From positions 224,001 to 288,000 of the forward strand of contig JBFWNL010000004.1 in the NCBI GenBank assembly GCA_050251055.1: a stretch of 64,000 nt of DNA, in the 5' to 3' direction. Positions within the stretch are counted from its first letter, which is position 1. The number at the start of each line of letters is the position of its first letter. Origin of the DNA: Bacteriovoracia bacterium (GTDB taxonomy: Bacteria > Bdellovibrionota > UBA1018 > JBFWNL01). The position numbers and the translations under genes are program-made. The notes beneath the pieces were generated by a model, which was given only the letters and a program-made list of their open reading frames with translations, was not told the DNA's origin and searched no databases. Positions 37,733 to 49,155 of this stretch are shown one piece after another.

Positions 37733-37764
37733 AAAGGGCCTCACTTCGTGGGGCCCTTTTTTTT
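37733..37764 (+). terminator. Rho-independent terminator
   Basis: AAAGGGCCTCAC-TTC-GTGGGGCCCTTT followed by a T run. Confidence 0.85.
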
Positions 37765-37784
37765 AACAAACCACAGGGGCAAAA

Positions 37785-38129
37785 ATGAAAAAACTATACC
37801 AATCGGTAATCGTAGGGGTGTTTCTTGCGTCGGCGACACTGCCGACGGCCAGCGCGAAAACCAATTCCGAACTCATCAACCTGATCAACCGCCAGGTTGT
37901 GGAGTTAGTGACTTCGAATCCGGAAAACTTCGCGGCTTATGCGCAACTGTCTCCCGAGCATCGGTTTGCGCTAGGTGCCGCCATCGGCAAGCGCCTGGCG
38001 AAATGCTATTCCGTTCGTCATCGCCTTTGCACGATCCAAGAGGCCGTGCAGATTCCAGAAATTACTTCGGACATGAAGCCATTCTTAAAAGAATTCGAGC
38101 GACTCACCCGTAAGGTCGTGGGTAACTAA
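37785..38129 (+). CDS. Secreted hypothetical protein
   Basis: Signal peptide ending ASA. Confidence 0.6.
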   Translation: MKKLYQSVIVGVFLASATLPTASAKTNSELINLINRQVVELVTSNPENFAAYAQLSPEHRFALGAAIGKRLAKCYSVRHRLCTIQEAVQIPEITSDMKPFLKEFERLTRKVVGN

Positions 38130-38139
38130 GGAGAAGACT

Positions 38140-38670
38140 ATGAAGACGACTTTAAAGAAACTAACGCGTTTCGCATTGATCATCACGTTGCCACTTTATC
38201 TGGCCCAAACTCCGACCAGTCAGGCGGTTACCTCGATTCCTGGGCTGGCCGGAGCGATCGGCATTCGATTCGGAATCAATACCGTCGGCTTGAGTGAAGC
38301 CCAGTATCTGATGTGGCTCATGGCGGGGTCTCCCGGTCTCTATGTCACGCTTCACGGCGTCGCGGTCACCGAAATCGCGGCGCTCGGTGGAGGTGCGGTA
38401 GCTATCGCGGCGGCCGAAATTGCCGCGGCAGCGGCCATCGGATTCGCGGCCGGAGCCGGGATCTACATGCTCGCCACCGGCGACGATCTGGACACCACGC
38501 TTCACAATATGGCGGAAGGCCTGGACGTGATCGGCGACAGCATCGTCTCGGCGGCACAAACGGTGGGCGGATGGATCAGTGGGCTTTTTGGGTACTGGCG
38601 TCCCGCGCGTCCAGGACTTGCCCAACTACTTGCCGGCGAAGTGAACTATCGCTTTCCGGTTGTGACTTAA
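38140..38670 (+). CDS. Secreted Ala/Gly-rich hydrophobic protein
   Basis: Signal peptide; AALGGGAVAIAAAEIAAAAAIGFAAGAGIY. Confidence 0.6.
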   Translation: MKTTLKKLTRFALIITLPLYLAQTPTSQAVTSIPGLAGAIGIRFGINTVGLSEAQYLMWLMAGSPGLYVTLHGVAVTEIAALGGGAVAIAAAEIAAAAAIGFAAGAGIYMLATGDDLDTTLHNMAEGLDVIGDSIVSAAQTVGGWISGLFGYWRPARPGLAQLLAGEVNYRFPVVT

Positions 38671-38682
38671 GGGGATTCGAAA

Positions 38683-39618
38683 ATGAAAACTCTAAAGCCA
38701 CTTTTATTTATTGCGGCTTTGCTGACGGTCGTCGCGCCCCAGGGCTTCACCTGGGCCGCGACGGCCCAAGGCGATGGTTGTAGCAAAACCGACAAGGAGC
38801 TCTGGGATCAGTTTTTGACTGATTTTGACGGGACCAACTCGGTGGGATTCGATAACTTCACCGATCACGGTGTGTGCTGGGGGATGGCGAAGTTCCAACT
38901 TTTAGCGAGTACCTTGGCTCGTTTCGACCCGAACTCACCCGTTCCGACGGACCCGAAGGAAGTGAAAAAACTGGTTCACGATATGACGTTGGGCCAGTAC
39001 GTCTACAATGGCTATATCTCGAGCCAAGTCACCACGTTTCCCGGCGTTTCCAACGTGGAGGAACTGACCAATAGCCCAGTCTACGGGCCAGTGATCCACG
39101 ATGTTATTGAAGCGATGTGGCAAGGCGCATTCATCAATCCACGCAATCTAGGCCAGGTCGGCGTAAATAGCCCCTCCGGGAATTTGTCGGTCATAGAAGA
39201 GATGGAAGGCTATCTCTCCCAGGGAATCAAACCCTTGCTTCAACTGCAGTTCAGCGTGGGGAATCAACACATCGTTATCGCCACCGAAGTGAAGCGAAAC
39301 CCGGACGGAAGCATTATCGTCGTAACCAAGGACAACAACTACAACACCTCCGGTAATCCGCCGAACTCCACGAAATCGGAATTCAAGTACGATTCGACCG
39401 GAAAACCGATCTACGATGGCGACCCGTCGGATCCAAATAATATCAACGGCAACAGCAGCTATTGTTCGAGTAAAAGTAAGTGCGGTCTGCGTAACCCATC
39501 CTTGAGTGACACCTTCTACCGTACGATCACGAAGGCGTTGCGCAAAGAATGCGCGGAAAAAGAACGCGAAGCCAAGGAACAAAAGAAAAACGCGGCCCCC
39601 GCCACGGCTCAAAACTAA
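38683..39618 (+). CDS. Secreted papain-fold cysteine hydrolase candidate
   Basis: GVCWGMA...QHIVI...KDNNY fits a Cys-His-Asp/Asn triad pattern. Confidence 0.55.
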   Translation: MKTLKPLLFIAALLTVVAPQGFTWAATAQGDGCSKTDKELWDQFLTDFDGTNSVGFDNFTDHGVCWGMAKFQLLASTLARFDPNSPVPTDPKEVKKLVHDMTLGQYVYNGYISSQVTTFPGVSNVEELTNSPVYGPVIHDVIEAMWQGAFINPRNLGQVGVNSPSGNLSVIEEMEGYLSQGIKPLLQLQFSVGNQHIVIATEVKRNPDGSIIVVTKDNNYNTSGNPPNSTKSEFKYDSTGKPIYDGDPSDPNNINGNSSYCSSKSKCGLRNPSLSDTFYRTITKALRKECAEKEREAKEQKKNAAPATAQN

Positions 39619-39633
39619 AAAAGGGAACGAACC

Positions 39634-40176
39634 ATGAAAAAACGACTATTCAGCTTCGCAGTCTTAGCCGCGATGGCGACTACGGCCATGGCCACCGCTC
39701 AAGCAAAAGAAGAAGGCATGTTCGAAGGAAACCCGTATGCTCCGGCCCTCCGGCATGTGGTCGACGAAGACTATCCTGCCGCCCTCAGCGTATTGGATCA
39801 AATTCAACAGGCGTCACCCGACATCGCGGGCGCTGACCTTCTCCGGGGGATGATCCTCGCGCGCATGGGGAAAGAGCAAGCCGAACCCGCGCTGGAAGCC
39901 CTCCGCAATGTACCCTCGAAGCAAGTGACTCCAGTCGTGATTGCCGCGCGCGCGCGTCAAGGCCGGGAGCTGGAGCGGATGCAGCCCGACCCAGTACTAA
40001 GGCAAGAAATCACGTCCGACTACCTTTCCCTCACCAAACAGTCGGAAGCACCTTCCAGGGATTTGCTCACCAGCAGCGTGGAATGGGCAAACCGGGTTTC
40101 CGAACCTACGCTTAGACAAAGTGCCTGCGCCCGGGCAGCGAAGCTGCGGTACGTGATTTCAGGTTGTGGTCGTTAA
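39634..40176 (+). CDS. Secreted TPR-like protein
   Basis: Signal peptide; DYPAALSVL..SPDIAGADLLRGMILARMG. Confidence 0.55.
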   Translation: MKKRLFSFAVLAAMATTAMATAQAKEEGMFEGNPYAPALRHVVDEDYPAALSVLDQIQQASPDIAGADLLRGMILARMGKEQAEPALEALRNVPSKQVTPVVIAARARQGRELERMQPDPVLRQEITSDYLSLTKQSEAPSRDLLTSSVEWANRVSEPTLRQSACARAAKLRYVISGCGR

Positions 40177-40181
40177 GAAGT

Positions 40182-40216
40182 AAAAGCGGTCCTGGCAAAA
40201 AGCCGGGGCCGCTTTT
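40182..40216. terminator. Bidirectional terminator
   Basis: AAAAGCGGTCCTGGC..GCCGGGGCCGCTTTT between convergent genes. Confidence 0.8.
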
Positions 40217-40222
40217 GCGGGC

Positions 40223-40789
40223 CTAGCTCAAGATCATATCCCCGATCAAGATTCCGACTCCAAACAAGATAAACAACGCACTCGCTATCCTGCGAACCAT
40301 CTTCATCGACACCTTCTCGGTGAATTTACTTCCGAATAGAACCGCTAGCCCATCGGCGGCAAGCATTCCCAAGGTGGTACCCGCCGTAACGGCGAGCGGT
40401 GAAGTGTATTTCGCCCCGAGCGCCACGGTGGCCAGCTGGGTTTTGTCGCCCATTTCCGCAAAGAAAAACACGACGGCGGTCGTTACGAAAGGACCCCATG
40501 CATAGTGCTTTTCACCTTCGGCCGGCGCGTCCGGGACGAGGATCCAAACGCCAAAACCGATGAAAATCGCCGCAAGCGCCCACCGCAAAACATCCGGGGC
40601 CACATAGTCAGTGACAAAGGCGCCGGCATAACTAGCCAGGCCGTGGTTGAACACGGTCGCGACCAAGATGCCGGCTAAGACGGGAAGGGGTCGCTTAAAG
40701 CGGGCGGCAAGCACGAGCGCGAGGAGCTGGGTTTTATCCCCCATCTCACTCGCGAAGACCAGTAGTGCCGAATTCCAAAACACACCCAA
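40223..40789 (-). CDS. TMEM165/GDT1 (UPF0016) Mn/Ca transporter
   Basis: Two EMGDKTQL motifs. Confidence 0.93.
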   Translation of the reverse strand: MGVFWNSALLVFASEMGDKTQLLALVLAARFKRPLPVLAGILVATVFNHGLASYAGAFVTDYVAPDVLRWALAAIFIGFGVWILVPDAPAEGEKHYAWGPFVTTAVVFFFAEMGDKTQLATVALGAKYTSPLAVTAGTTLGMLAADGLAVLFGSKFTEKVSMKMVRRIASALFILFGVGILIGDMILS

Positions 40790-40812
40790 GCCCCGTTAAT
40801 CACTACAGCGGT

Positions 40813-41160
40813 TCAGAGATTTTTCCCGTCATAACTCTGGATAGTAAGCGCCGACAAATCCACTCCGTCCAAGCAGCGAACGTTAATCGCGGCCATTTTG
40901 GTCCCGTCCGGCATCGCCCCCCGGCTGAAGGAGGTTACGCCGCAGCTCTTGCAGAACAAGTGGTGAACGACGTGCTTATTGAATTGATAGTCTTGTAGAT
41001 TATCCTCTCCCGAAAGCAATCTAAAGTTCGACGCCGGAACGAAATCCAACAGCGTCCCTTTCTTCATGCACATCGAGCAATTGCAGCTGATCGCTTTCTG
41101 CACGTTCATATCAACTTCGTACTTTACCTTGCCGCAGTGGCAACCACCGGTGTGTTTCAT
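40813..41160 (-). CDS. GFA/CENP-V family protein
   Basis: GGCHCG, CNCSMC, FCKSCG, INVRCLD. Confidence 0.92.
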   Translation of the reverse strand: MKHTGGCHCGKVKYEVDMNVQKAISCNCSMCMKKGTLLDFVPASNFRLLSGEDNLQDYQFNKHVVHHLFCKSCGVTSFSRGAMPDGTKMAAINVRCLDGVDLSALTIQSYDGKNL

Positions 41161-41375
41161 CTGGATATCCTACTATTCAATAAATCTGGTTTCAGCTTGA
41201 ATCCCATTCGTGAGACATTCAAAGAGAGACAAGACGCCTACCCACTTCAAAATCAATTAACCCAAACACAACCCAGTTTGCCCCAGGGTTCTTCTTCGCA
41301 CAATACTACTCGCGCGCGGTCGTTCGATTTTGCTCCGGGCTTCCAGCCCTCCGCAACATCTCTAGGGAAGTCGCG

Positions 41376-41524
41376 CCGCCATGTATTCTTTTTTCGCGTC
41401 TTTTAAAAACAAAAAGCTAAGAGGGGGCGTGTACCCGGGCCAGGATGGCGCTGAGGGGACGAGCCCATGGATGGGCGTCCCCCTCTTGGCTTTTTGTTTT
41501 TAAAAGACGCGAAAAAAGAATACA

Positions 41525-41530
<6 letters not shown>
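41376..41530. repeat. Long inverted repeat (52-bp arms, one mismatch) overlapping the tRNA 3' end
   Basis: 41376-41427 is the reverse complement of 41479-41530; 51-bp spacer. Confidence 0.92.
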
Positions 41531-42959
<1,429 letters not shown>

Positions 42960-42968
42960 CTACCCTTA

Positions 42969-45900
42969 TCATTGATACTGTTCAAAGTCAGCGCGATCCT
43001 CCGCGTCAGGCGCTAATTCCAGATACTTTCGGAAATTTTCGGCCGCGTTCAGCGGGTCGCCCACCGAACGGAAGGCCAGCCCCAGGCGCTTATAAATAAC
43101 CGGGTTTCCCGGGTCAATGCGAATGGCCGCGGTATAGAGCGCGATCGCGCCCCGGGGGTTGTTGAGCAGGAAGTTCGCGAAGCCGGCCTGGTGCTTGGCT
43201 TCGGCGTTTCGGGGATCCACCGCCATGGCTTTGGTGAAATACTCCAACCCTTTACGGTAGTCCCCCAGATTCACCATTTCCTTGCCCATGGCGATGAGAC
43301 CCACGGTGTTATTAGGATGGTTCGCGAGCTCGCGCTTGAACTCTTCCACGGCCAGATCCGGGCGCTTGGCCAACGAATAGAGGTTGCCCTTGTAGTAGTG
43401 CAGATTGGGGTACCTCGGATACAGTCCATAAATCTTGTCGAGCTCCTCCAAAGCCTCCTTGAACTTCTTCTGCTTGATGAAGATCTCGTGCCGTTTCAAG
43501 TACCCGGAGGGATCGGAAGGATTGCGGTCGGAATAGGATTTGTAAGCCTGCGCCGCTTCTTCCAGTGCCTGTTTATTGCGTTCTTCCTGGGAAAGGAAAA
43601 TCTCCGCCTGCACCTTCCAAGGTAGCGCGTAATCCGGGCTCAAGGCCATGGCCTGCTTCACGTTGTTCTGGGCCTCGTCGTATTGCCCTTTCTTTACTTG
43701 GAACTCAGCGATCGCGGTTAGCAACTCGGGCTTCAGGCCTTCCGACCGATCGACCTCTTCCTGCAACATGATGATCGCCTGCTCGATGGACTCTTTCTCG
43801 GCGATACAGGTGGCGGTGCCCAGGATGGCCTCGACGTTCAAGGGATCAAAGCGGCGGGCGAGGGCGAAGAAGAAGGGCGCGTCGTCATACGCCTTGCCCG
43901 TCATCAACGCCCGGGCGTAGGAAACGTAGACGTCCGAATCGATGCTGTCGCGATCCATCGCTCGTTTATAGAAGGTAAGCGCCTGCACCAGCTGGCCTTG
44001 ATGAAAGAAAACGTCGCCCCTTAGCTTGTCGACCGAGCTTTTCGCATGGGGGTATTTCTTCAGCCGGTTGATTTGTTTTTCCGCGTTTTCCCACTCGTAG
44101 CTCAAAATCAGGGACTTGATGTACTTCGCGAGGACGCGGGTATCATCCGCGGAAATCTTCGCGGCCTTGCCGTAGTTGATTTTTGCGTTCGGGATGTCGT
44201 TGAGCTTCATGAACGTGTCGCCGATTTTGGAGTAGGGCAGGGCCGAGTCCCGGTAGGCGTGGGATGCGTCCATAAAGGCGATCAGCGCGTCCTGGTGCTT
44301 GCCTTCCTGGTAAAGCTTTTCGCCTTCACCCAGGAAGTAATACATGCGCGCTTTCTTTCGAATGGAATCCACCTTGTCCCCGGCGCGATAACGCAAGGTG
44401 AATAGCTCCAACATGTAATCGTGATTGTTCGGGTCGAGTTTCACCGCTACTTCGATATCTCCCAAGGCCTGCTGCACGTTTTTCTTCAGGTCGTTCACCA
44501 GGCTGCTGAGGTAATAGGAGCGGGCCAGATCTTCCGGCGAGAGCAGATGCGGATTCGTTTTTAGGAAGTTGAGATGGGATTCCGCCTTCAACAGTTCCGA
44601 CTGTCGACGGTAGATATCCGCCAAGGTCAAGCGGCTTTTCGCGTGGTTTCGATACACCTTGAGCGCCTTCAGGTACTGCTGGCGGGCCTCTTCCAAGGTG
44701 CCGAGTTTTTCCGCGATCTGCCCCCGTAGGTAGTAGATGCGGGGGATCTGGATTTTTTCCTCGGGAATTTGGGCCACGAACTTGGCCGCGTCGCGGTAGT
44801 TGCCGCGCTTATAGAACACGTAGGCGAGGTAGTAGAACATCTCTACGCCGTAGGTGGTGTGGGTGCTCGTGAAGTCCACGATACGCTTTTGGGCGGCGGC
44901 CCCGCGGCCCACCGTCAGATAAAACTCCACGTCGGCGATCACGGTTTCCTGCAAATCAATGGACTTCGCCCGGGAGCGCTCGATCACGCTCGAGATCACC
45001 TGGAAATACTTGTCGTCTTTATTGGAAGAATCGATCAAATTCAAATAGCACGAGGCCAGCAGCGCCATGGCCTTCACGTTGTTGTTGTCGAGGCTTGCCG
45101 CCCGCAAAAGGTTTTTTGCCGCATTTTTGTAGCCCGACACCGTGTCCTGAACGTAATACTTCAGGGAGGCCTTAAACAAGAGCTCGCTCTGCGCGGCATC
45201 GACGGACTCGGAAGAGAACGCCGGCAGGGCCGGCTTGAACGGCGGCACCCGCCAGGTGATCTCTTCCTCTTTTTCTGGAATCAGCACCTCCAAGGCCAAC
45301 GCGATGAAGATGGCGATAATCGCGCCCCGCTTGAGTTTACTGGATTTGCGGGGAACCAGGTCATTGAGACTCGGGGCGCGACCCCGGCCTTGGAAAATCA
45401 CGGTTTCCTCGTTCGTTACGTCCCGCATGGGCGCATGCGTGGATAGCTGCGCGGAAGACGTGAGCCCGTGCTGGGTGGGATCCTCGAAGTCCATTTTCCC
45501 CTGGGTGGCGAGCTTAAATGAAGGATTCGATGCCAAAACCGTCTTCTCGCCGTCGTCATCGAGATCGCCCTCGCCTTTTGACGCATCGTCGTCGTCAACC
45601 AGCTTCACGTGGGCGGGTTTCAGCTCGGCCTTGGCGTCGGCCTGCAGATCTTCGTCTTCCGGCAAGTCCTTGGCCTTACGTTCGTCCAGGATCGCCTTTT
45701 CCTGTTCCGTGAGAAATCCGCTATCGAGGGATACGTCGGACAGCTCGGAGATGGCCTGACCCGAAGTAACGGCTTCCATGCCGGGCAAGGGCTTTCCGGT
45801 TTCGTCGAGTTTCACGGTGACGCCGCCCGGGTCCACCGCCGTCTTCGTGGCATCGCCACGGATCAAAGTCGATTTTGATTTTCCTTCGAGCTTGGCGATG

Positions 45901-46076
45901 ATCAGATCCGCCAGGTCGGTATACTGATTGATATCTTTCCACTCGCCACGCGGGTGCTCGCGCGCTTCTTCAGTGCCCAGGATCTGGTCTCGTTTAATGA
46001 GGAGGGCGATTCGATCCAGGTCCAGGGGACCCACGATGCGGCCGGAAGCGAGCTTGATCTTGTATTTTTTCGCCAA
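42969..46076 (-). CDS. Membrane-anchored multi-TPR protein with N-terminal GYF-like domain
   Basis: GRIVGPLDL..W N-terminus, acidic linker, single TM, many TPRs. Confidence 0.8.
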   Translation of the reverse strand: MAKKYKIKLASGRIVGPLDLDRIALLIKRDQILGTEEAREHPRGEWKDINQYTDLADLIIAKLEGKSKSTLIRGDATKTAVDPGGVTVKLDETGKPLPGMEAVTSGQAISELSDVSLDSGFLTEQEKAILDERKAKDLPEDEDLQADAKAELKPAHVKLVDDDDASKGEGDLDDDGEKTVLASNPSFKLATQGKMDFEDPTQHGLTSSAQLSTHAPMRDVTNEETVIFQGRGRAPSLNDLVPRKSSKLKRGAIIAIFIALALEVLIPEKEEEITWRVPPFKPALPAFSSESVDAAQSELLFKASLKYYVQDTVSGYKNAAKNLLRAASLDNNNVKAMALLASCYLNLIDSSNKDDKYFQVISSVIERSRAKSIDLQETVIADVEFYLTVGRGAAAQKRIVDFTSTHTTYGVEMFYYLAYVFYKRGNYRDAAKFVAQIPEEKIQIPRIYYLRGQIAEKLGTLEEARQQYLKALKVYRNHAKSRLTLADIYRRQSELLKAESHLNFLKTNPHLLSPEDLARSYYLSSLVNDLKKNVQQALGDIEVAVKLDPNNHDYMLELFTLRYRAGDKVDSIRKKARMYYFLGEGEKLYQEGKHQDALIAFMDASHAYRDSALPYSKIGDTFMKLNDIPNAKINYGKAAKISADDTRVLAKYIKSLILSYEWENAEKQINRLKKYPHAKSSVDKLRGDVFFHQGQLVQALTFYKRAMDRDSIDSDVYVSYARALMTGKAYDDAPFFFALARRFDPLNVEAILGTATCIAEKESIEQAIIMLQEEVDRSEGLKPELLTAIAEFQVKKGQYDEAQNNVKQAMALSPDYALPWKVQAEIFLSQEERNKQALEEAAQAYKSYSDRNPSDPSGYLKRHEIFIKQKKFKEALEELDKIYGLYPRYPNLHYYKGNLYSLAKRPDLAVEEFKRELANHPNNTVGLIAMGKEMVNLGDYRKGLEYFTKAMAVDPRNAEAKHQAGFANFLLNNPRGAIALYTAAIRIDPGNPVIYKRLGLAFRSVGDPLNAAENFRKYLELAPDAEDRADFEQYQ

Positions 46077-46078
46077 TA

Positions 46079-47575
46079 CTAGAGGCTCCCCACCACCTTC
46101 TTGGCCAGATCAACCAAAGCGGAAGGCAGTATCCCTACCTGGAGGGTCACGAGGGCCATGACCGCGACCGTGGCCGCGGAAAAGAAGGAAATGCGGGGAT
46201 GCGCGTTCTCCGTGGCGGGCTTCATATACATAAACACCAGCACGCGCAGGTAGTAGTAAGCCGAGATCGCGCTGCAAAGCACGCTAAGCACGACCAGCCA
46301 TATTTCGCCGGCTTGTACCGCCGAATAAAAGAGCAGGTACTTCGTAACGAAACCCGCCGTGGGGGGGACACCCGCCATGGAAAAGAGAAACACCGCCATC
46401 GCGAAAGCGAGCCACGGATGACGCTTGGCCAGGCCCGACATATCTTGGAGCTGCAAGCCCTCGTCGCCCTTGCCCGAGATAATGCTCAGAATCGCGAAGG
46501 CGCCCATGTTCATGACCGCGTACGAAACCAGGTAGAGCACCAACGCGGAATATCCAATTTCGCTGCTCGAGCCCGAAAGCAGACCCACCATCAGATAGCC
46601 CGTATGGGCGATCGACGAATAGGCGAGCATGCGTTTCAAATTCGTCTGCTGGAGCGCGATCACGTTGCCGAAAAGCATCGTCAACACGGCCGAGATCCAA
46701 ATCAGGTCGTGTAGATGCATCTGCACGCCCGCGACCAGGCTCTTGCCGTAGCCAAAAGAAATAAACACGCGCAGAAACACGGCGAAGGAAGCCGCCTTGA
46801 TTCCCGTGGTCATCAGTCCGGTCACCGGGGTCGGCGCGCCTTCGTAAACATCCGGCATCCACATATGGAACGGGACCGAGGCGACCTTGAACAAGAACCC
46901 GACCAGGACTAGCCACGCTCCGACCGAGAAGAGCACCGGAAGCGCGCCGGCATTTTGGCCGACGTAGGCGAGGATGTCGCGAATGTTGGTCGAACCCGAA
47001 AGTCCGTAAAGCAGCGCCGTACCGTAAAGCAGGATCGCGGAGGCCGCTCCGCCCAAGATGAAATACTTCATGGAAGCTTCGTTCGCGCGGCGGTCCGCCC
47101 GGCGGAATCCCACGAGCGAGTAGGCCGTGAGCGACATGAGCTCAAGCGCGATAAAGATCACGATCATGTCCAGGCTGCACGCCAGAAACATCATGCCGAG
47201 CGCGCAAAACAACACCAGGATGTTGTACTCGGGGAACTGGAGCGACTCCTTGTCGAGATACCGGAAGGAGCTCAAAACCGTGAATAGCGCCGAACCGAGG
47301 AAAATCAGATTGAAGAAGTTGGAATAGTCGTCGCCCACCATCATGTTATTGAAGAGGGTAACCGAAGGCGTGCCAATACCCGTGAAGCTAGCCCAGAGGC
47401 CAGCCGCGACGGTCAGCACCGATACCACGAACACGGACCACTTCGGATTGAGGGACTTCACGACCGAAAGCAGGATGGCAAGCGTCGCGCCGCCCATCAC
47501 GATCAGATAAGGCATTAGCGCGGAGATCTGCTCCGCGGTAACTTCGAGATGCTTGGGATCGATAATCAGATTCAT
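46079..47575 (-). CDS. nuoN: NADH-quinone oxidoreductase subunit N
   Basis: ALELMSL, FKVASVPFHMWMPDVYEGAP, KRMLAYSSIAH. Confidence 0.95.
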   Translation of the reverse strand: MNLIIDPKHLEVTAEQISALMPYLIVMGGATLAILLSVVKSLNPKWSVFVVSVLTVAAGLWASFTGIGTPSVTLFNNMMVGDDYSNFFNLIFLGSALFTVLSSFRYLDKESLQFPEYNILVLFCALGMMFLACSLDMIVIFIALELMSLTAYSLVGFRRADRRANEASMKYFILGGAASAILLYGTALLYGLSGSTNIRDILAYVGQNAGALPVLFSVGAWLVLVGFLFKVASVPFHMWMPDVYEGAPTPVTGLMTTGIKAASFAVFLRVFISFGYGKSLVAGVQMHLHDLIWISAVLTMLFGNVIALQQTNLKRMLAYSSIAHTGYLMVGLLSGSSSEIGYSALVLYLVSYAVMNMGAFAILSIISGKGDEGLQLQDMSGLAKRHPWLAFAMAVFLFSMAGVPPTAGFVTKYLLFYSAVQAGEIWLVVLSVLCSAISAYYYLRVLVFMYMKPATENAHPRISFFSAATVAVMALVTLQVGILPSALVDLAKKVVGSL

Positions 47576-49155
47576 TTACGCACCTCTTTCGCAATCACGG
47601 CCGCACCTGACGACGCACGCGCGGTAGCGGGCGTCGTAACCGCCGCCTGGCTCGAGCGAGCCAGGAAGTTTTCCACTGATTTCTCCATCTTCGCGAAGAA
47701 GAAGTTGGGCGCCACGCCCATCACGAACACCGCGATCACCAAGGGGGCTAGGACGACGCCTTCGCGCAGGTTCAAATCGCTCAGTTCTTTATTTTCTGGG
47801 TTTTCGAGCTTACCGAACATCACGCGCTGGAACATCCAAAGCATATAGACGGCGCCGAAGATGACGCCCAAGCCCGCCACGCCAGCCACCCAAGGATTCG
47901 TCTTGAAGGTGCCGAGCAGGATCAGGAATTCACCGATGAAGCCGTTTGTACCCGGCAGGGCGACCGACGACAGGGTGATGATCAAAAACACGATCGTGAA
48001 AAGGGGCATTACCTTGGCGATACCGCCGAAATCCTTGATTTCCCGGGTGTGACGACGCTCGTAGATCATGCCGACGAGCAGGAACAGCGCGCCCGTGGAG
48101 ATCCCGTGATTGAGCATCTGATAGACCGAACCCATGGCGCCCAGCGAATTCATGGCAAACAAGCCAATTACCACGTAGCCCATGTGGCTGACCGACGAGT
48201 AAGCGACGAGCTTCTTGATGTCCGGCTGGACCATCGCGACCCAGGCGCCGTAGACGATGGCCACGCCCCCCAGGGCGAGGAAAAACCCTTGGTAAGTCGC
48301 CACCGCTTCCGGAAACATCGGGAAGGCGAAGCGGATAAAGCCGTAACCGCCCATTTTCAACAGCACGCCGGCCAGGATGACGCTGCCCGCGGTAGGCGCC
48401 TGCACGTGCGCGTCCGGCAGCCAGGTGTGAAGCGGAAAGAGCGGAACCTTGATGGCGAACGCAAGCGCGAACGCCAGGAACAATATCTGCTGGGTGCCGA
48501 ACCAGCCGCCGCCTTCGAGCTTGAGTTTATAAAGGTCGGTGACGAGCGTGGAGTAGGTGCCGAACTGGACCTTATGCTGGTGGGCGAGATAAAAAATGGC
48601 GACCAACATCAAGAGCGAGCCCACGAGCGTGAACAGGAAGAATTTCATGGCCGCGTATGTACGATCCTTGCCGCCCCAGATGCCAATCAAGAAGTACATC
48701 GGAATGAGCATGGCTTCCCAGAAGACGTAGAACAGGAAAACGTCGAGCGCCACGAAAGCTCCCAACATCCCGGTTTCGAGCGCCAAGAGCAGAAAGTAGT
48801 ATTCCTTGAGGCGGTCTTCGACCGCCGTGAACGAGCCCAGGATCACGATCGGCGTGAGGAACGTCGTGAGCAAAATCAGCCATAGGCTGATCCCGTCCAT
48901 CCCGAGCGCGTACTGCACGCCTAGGTAGGGAATCCACGACGCCGTTTCCGTAAGCTGGAATTCGGCGCCGGTGGCCTGGAAGCGTTGATAGAGCAGGAGG
49001 GATAGACCGAAGACGACGAGGCTCGCGACCAAGGAAAAGACCTTGATCATCTGTTTTCCGCCATGGGTGTTCCCCGGCATGAAAAGCACGAGGCCCGCCA
49101 GGACCAGCGGCGCGAAAACGATCGTCGTTAAGATATGTTCATCAAACCATGCCAT
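47572..49155 (-). CDS. nuoM: NADH-quinone oxidoreductase subunit M
   Basis: FWEAMLIP, AIKVPLFPLHTWLPDAH, LLKMGGYG, GFIGEF. Confidence 0.95.
   Translation of the reverse strand: MAWFDEHILTTIVFAPLVLAGLVLFMPGNTHGGKQMIKVFSLVASLVVFGLSLLLYQRFQATGAEFQLTETASWIPYLGVQYALGMDGISLWLILLTTFLTPIVILGSFTAVEDRLKEYYFLLLALETGMLGAFVALDVFLFYVFWEAMLIPMYFLIGIWGGKDRTYAAMKFFLFTLVGSLLMLVAIFYLAHQHKVQFGTYSTLVTDLYKLKLEGGGWFGTQQILFLAFALAFAIKVPLFPLHTWLPDAHVQAPTAGSVILAGVLLKMGGYGFIRFAFPMFPEAVATYQGFFLALGGVAIVYGAWVAMVQPDIKKLVAYSSVSHMGYVVIGLFAMNSLGAMGSVYQMLNHGISTGALFLLVGMIYERRHTREIKDFGGIAKVMPLFTIVFLIITLSSVALPGTNGFIGEFLILLGTFKTNPWVAGVAGLGVIFGAVYMLWMFQRVMFGKLENPENKELSDLNLREGVVLAPLVIAVFVMGVAPNFFFAKMEKSVENFLARSSQAAVTTPATARASSGAAVIAKEVRK

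Noticed and set aside
27600-41520. A second integrated island between the two tRNA-Ser genes
   Set aside because: No integrase, transposase or partial tRNA duplicate seen; both tRNAs are complete with different anticodons.
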